A stretch of 64,000 bases of DNA, taken from the NCBI GenBank assembly GCA_002269645.1, contig NIVC01003903.1, positions 6,457 through 70,456 of the forward strand, given 5' to 3'. A program made the translations under genes and the position numbers. The stretch comes from Macrostomum lignano (taxonomy: Eukaryota). The notes beneath the pieces were generated by a model that made no database searches, had not been told where the DNA came from, and was given only the letters and a program-made list of their open reading frames with translations. Of this stretch, positions 60,067 through 64,000 are shown piece by piece. How positions within the stretch are numbered: the stretch's first letter is position 1; every line of letters begins with the position of its first letter.

Positions 60067-61089
60067 ACAACCAAGGAAATACGCATTTCTTAGGAGGCCA
60101 TTTAAAATTTACACACTACCTTTAAAAGAAACCTAAAATTTCCATGGTGTGGCTAATTTAGTAGGGTTGTATTGCACTGCATTGCCTTTTCATAAATCTT
60201 TCGCTTTTACAAACCATGCTGGATTCCCTCGATTTGCCAATTGCCATCCACTGTTAAACTGCTGCAGAGTTTGCCAATACAGAGGGGAGGGCAGTGGTTA
60301 GAATTTCTCACTAAACTGTTATGGCTAAACGTAGCCTCTCCACTCTCGGGGTGCGAGAAGGCTATAAATAAAGTTATTCCAAAACACTCTACATTTGCTA
60401 TGTACATTCAGTCCTATTGCCTGACCCTTCGTCTGGCTCTGGGGGGAATGAGTGGAGTGAGTGAGTGGCACAAACAACAGAAAAAGCAGACAAACTTCAC
60501 ATGCTTACAGTTTCTTTTTCGGTTGAGTTACAGAGTTGAAACTTTACATTTAGACAGAGAATGGGTCAATGAAGAATTGTGTCAAGTTTGAAGTCAATCG
60601 TTTTACGTGGAGCAAACTTATGGCAGCTGAAAGTTAGTCAATTTGAAACCCTTTTACACATCTGGGCCCAGATCGGGAAAGAGAGGCAGGCAGGCGGAGG
60701 TTGGGGTGGCTGTCTCGCTGAAAAAAACAGCCTAACTTTAAAAGTGCACAGCGCCGTTCAGGATTAACTTTGAGATTTAAAATTTTACACGATTGTGTCA
60801 AAATAGTTAAAAATTGCCTGTGTCAAATTTGAAGAGAATCGGTAGAAGTGGAGCGGCGCTATGGAGGATTTAGTAAAAAAATCGCGCATTTTGAGCAGTT
60901 TTTTTGTACTTTTAGGTAGGAAGACTTGAGTCTAGGAAATTTAAAGGTAGCCTAAGACATTCTCCGTAGTAAGTTTAGGGTGGGTATAAAATTTGGTGTC
61001 ATTTGGTTGAGCGGTTTGGGAGTCCATAGCGATCAAAATTGTCCACACACAGACACACACACAGAGTTTTGATTTTTATATGTAGAGAT
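60067..61089 (+). mobile_element. Probable Helentron-associated (DINE/HINE-like) non-autonomous element
   Basis: Internal core repeats TGTGTCAA(A/G)TTTGAAG..AATCG...GTGGAGC (60578, 60819); a 3' ACAC/AGAC microsatellite; terminus TTTTTATATGTAGAGAT. The left boundary is uncertain. Confidence 0.5.
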
Positions 61090-62169
61090 TAAAAAAAGAC
61101 TAATATATAAACTAGTTTTATAAACTGTATAGTACATATAACTATGGTCTAATTATATTTGACCACAAATCTACATGTATCTTTTTAAAAGCAAATAAGT
61201 TGCATTGTTGTTTGTTTCTTTTAAAACACCCTTTTGTATTCTGCATCATAAATAGTATGCAAGTACAAAGCTAATAAAAAATGCTAAGCTATCAACACAT
61301 AAAATCAAGCCTAAACTCTATTTACCAACTTTAGAAGTTTAGTTAGTTAAAATTCATTATGAAAATATAAGATACAGGGAAAATATTGAGTAGTCCCTGA
61401 TAGGATAATTATTTAAAAGGTATTTTTTCAGTTACTGTGTAAATAACACTGGCAATATTTACATGGTAGGCCCTACTGTGCAAATAAATAACAACTGCTA
61501 TTATAAATACCATTACCACTGTCCTTAATATTAAAATAAATGGTTTACTTGGATTGCTTTGCTAAAGTCAAAATATCAAAGAGAAGTCAAAGAGAAATAG
61601 CAATAGCTTAGAGTAAAGCATTTTATTATTAGATTTCAAATTGTAAGATATTGAATTATACTTAAAAAAATATTAGACTTATCACTTAGTCTTAGACTGC
61701 TGCCTAGCTAACATTAACAACTAATGAAAAAATCTATTTGTTCAGTCCCCAATCAGTTTGTCATTACTCATAATCTGCCATTTTGTCATCTTAATAATTT
61801 AGCATTTTTACTAACTGAAGACCAGAAGAGCGTCACAAAAGCAGTTTGATCGTGTGTACTCCAGACTCCGGATTGTATACATGTACGCCGGAAAATTCCG
61901 GCGTACAGAGGGACCTAGATTACACATTGGCGTACAACTTGGCGTACAAAGGCGCCTGGCGTGCCCTCTTGGCGTACGGCGTATAGAGATTGCCGAGACC
62001 AGCAGGTGGACCAAAAGTTCGAGTCCCAACAATCAATCTACATAATTAGCATACAAAAATGATTAAGTTTGCATTTGGCATAGTTTCCATGTACATAGTT
62101 ACAGTAAATATACAGTAGCTAAATTTTGATCAGAAAGAATGGCTGGCCCTTTACGAAAAAAACGGAAAA

Positions 62170-64000
62170 TGTAATAGTGCTCAATTTGCGTGCGCGTGCA
62201 CTTCTAGTGTTTTCTCCGTATTTCTTTCTGCGTCACCCCACCCCTGCGTATAGCCTTTTCTAGAAATTTCTTTTTGTTTCTGATTGGCTGAAAACGCGTG
62301 AATAACGAGCCCCAACCAATAGAGTGCTTAGTGCCTACCCTATCGGCGAAATCCGATTGGTTAGGATTTTCTAAGCTGCGTTTTTCACCCTGCCCTCCCC
62401 CATCGCGGTCAGTCTATTTAATCAAGCAAGCAAGCTGGAACGCAAATAAATCAAGTTTTTCTCTGACTAAAGAAGTCCCGGCAGTTAAACTCAAGAATAC
62501 GCGGCTACATTGGCGACCACGCCAGTTTTTCCACATGTGGAATAACGACGACTACCTGGAACTACGTGGACGTCTCGTCGGACGACGGCGCAACGCAGGC
62601 GACGAGGCAGCTTCCGTTTCTACAGAGTCTACGAACGCGTCCAACCCCTTCGTGTCGATGACCACAGTCAGCGAAGCCACAAATCCCTTCCTCGTTGCCA
62701 ACGACCTTCAGAGGGCACACTCGGCGGAAGTCTCAACCAACCCGTTCCTTGAAGACATCGACAAGCGTCAGGGCAGGCCTCAGCAATGCAGCAGTACGCC
62801 TATCTCTCCAGCTCACGGATACGCAGCGCTGCCAGACTACAATCCAGTACGGCTCTTCCGCCAGTACCTAAGCCTGCACCGTACAACGGTCGGAGGATTT
62901 CGACGACTTTCTCATCAGGATCAGCGCCTATATTAGCGCGGTTCCCAGGCCTTCGAGACGCCGACAAGATCAACACCCTGACTGCGTTCCTCGGACCGGC
63001 TTTTGCAACGTACACCACCTGGCTGGCGATCCAGTGTGCCTACGTCGGACTGCCACCGGGGACAACCCTGGACCAGCTACCTGGTGTCCGCTATGAGGGC
63101 CTCGTTGAACACCTCCGGTCTCGTCACGGCGGGGCCAAGAGTGCAGCGTTACTTCGCCGCGAGTTCCGTGCTCGGCAGCGTCGACCAGAGGAGAGCTTCG
63201 AAACGTACCTGACGGAGCTTCAACGGCTAGCTGCAAGGGCATACCCGGACCCAAGAGCTCAGGCTTACGTCCAACAGACAGTTAGCGAGCAGTTCATGCA
63301 TGGTCTCAATGACGGCTACGTCACCGAGCGACTACTGAATCAACCAACACCACCAAGCACTGTGGAGCAGGTTCTACGAATAGCCCCAGCAGCTTCGAGA
63401 AACCCGGGCCTACATGGAATGCTGGCCGTGGCGAAATCCAGCCCCAGCAACCGAGACCACCACAGAGCCAACTTTCAGCGCCACCGAAACCACTAATGCC
63501 TCAGCAGCCTGCCTCATCTGGCGGTCGAGGACAGCAACGACAGCAATCACCGGCTAGTTCCAACTGTTTCGGCTGCGGTCAGCCGGGCCACATCCGACGC
63601 AATTGCCCAAACGCCGAGGGGGCTGGTTCACGAGGCCAGCACCGGCCTCTCAGCACTAACGCATTCGGCCTCAACACACGCCTCAGCAGCTGCCAGCCTG
63701 GCCAGGTGCGCTTCGTCACAGCGCGCATCCTTAGACGACGGCGCCACTGTCTGATCGACACCGGGGCAGAGGTGTCCTGCATCAGCGATGACATATGTAA
63801 GAAAGCTAGGCGGCGGCTGCAGCCCAGCAGCATCATCATAAGAGGCGTGGATGGCAACCTACAGTCTGTGCTGGGCGAGACTACTTTGGCAGTGACTCTG
63901 GGAACCGTACAAGTCCATCATCGTTTCGTCGTACTCGAGAAGCTTCACCGACGTCCGTCATCCTGGGCTGTGACTTCCTCAGTGAACACGACGTCTCGGT
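62170..64000 (+). mobile_element. Ty3/gypsy LTR retrotransposon, 5' part (LTR 62170-62509, PBS, gag, protease), frameshifted; continues beyond the window
   Basis: LTR TGTA...TACA; PBS TGGCGACCACG (62511-62521, tRNA-Arg-like); gag ATG 62535; capsid-like ESFETYLTELQRLAARAYP...EQFMHGL; zinc knuckle CFGCGQPGHIRRNC (63565); protease LIDTGAEVSCI (~63751); at least three frame changes. Confidence 0.9.

Overview
Repeat-rich eukaryotic (metazoan) genomic DNA, not prokaryotic. GC-rich exons with GT-AG introns lie in AT-rich spacers, and most large introns contain a private 16-50 bp minisatellite; this style suggests a free-living flatworm such as Macrostomum (inference only). Plus-strand genes: a death-domain protein with two tandem IRAK/Pelle-like kinase domains, UPRT, MPG/AAG, STX5, METTL1/Trm8 and an orphan two-TM protein. 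Minus-strand genes: an SNX5/6/32 sorting nexin, a RING-HC protein and a 4-exon membrane-anchored cupin-like (C6orf89-like) protein. Mobile DNA: a hAT-like non-autonomous element, a CORE-like SINE, MITEs, a non-autonomous LTR element with a large internal GC-rich fold-back, a 7.7 kb CMC/EnSpm transposon carrying nested MITE, BEL/Pao and Penelope insertions (the last with hammerhead motifs), a probable Helentron-associated element and the 5' end of a Ty3/gypsy element. Highlights: (1) the tandem non-RD, DFG-less kinase; (2) introns built from tandem copies of their own splice junctions (CAG|GT arrays); (3) the fold-back LTR element; (4) the inverted Penelope/hammerhead cassette whose arm differences are nearly all G.U pairs. 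All coordinates and alignments were done by eye; no database searches were run.
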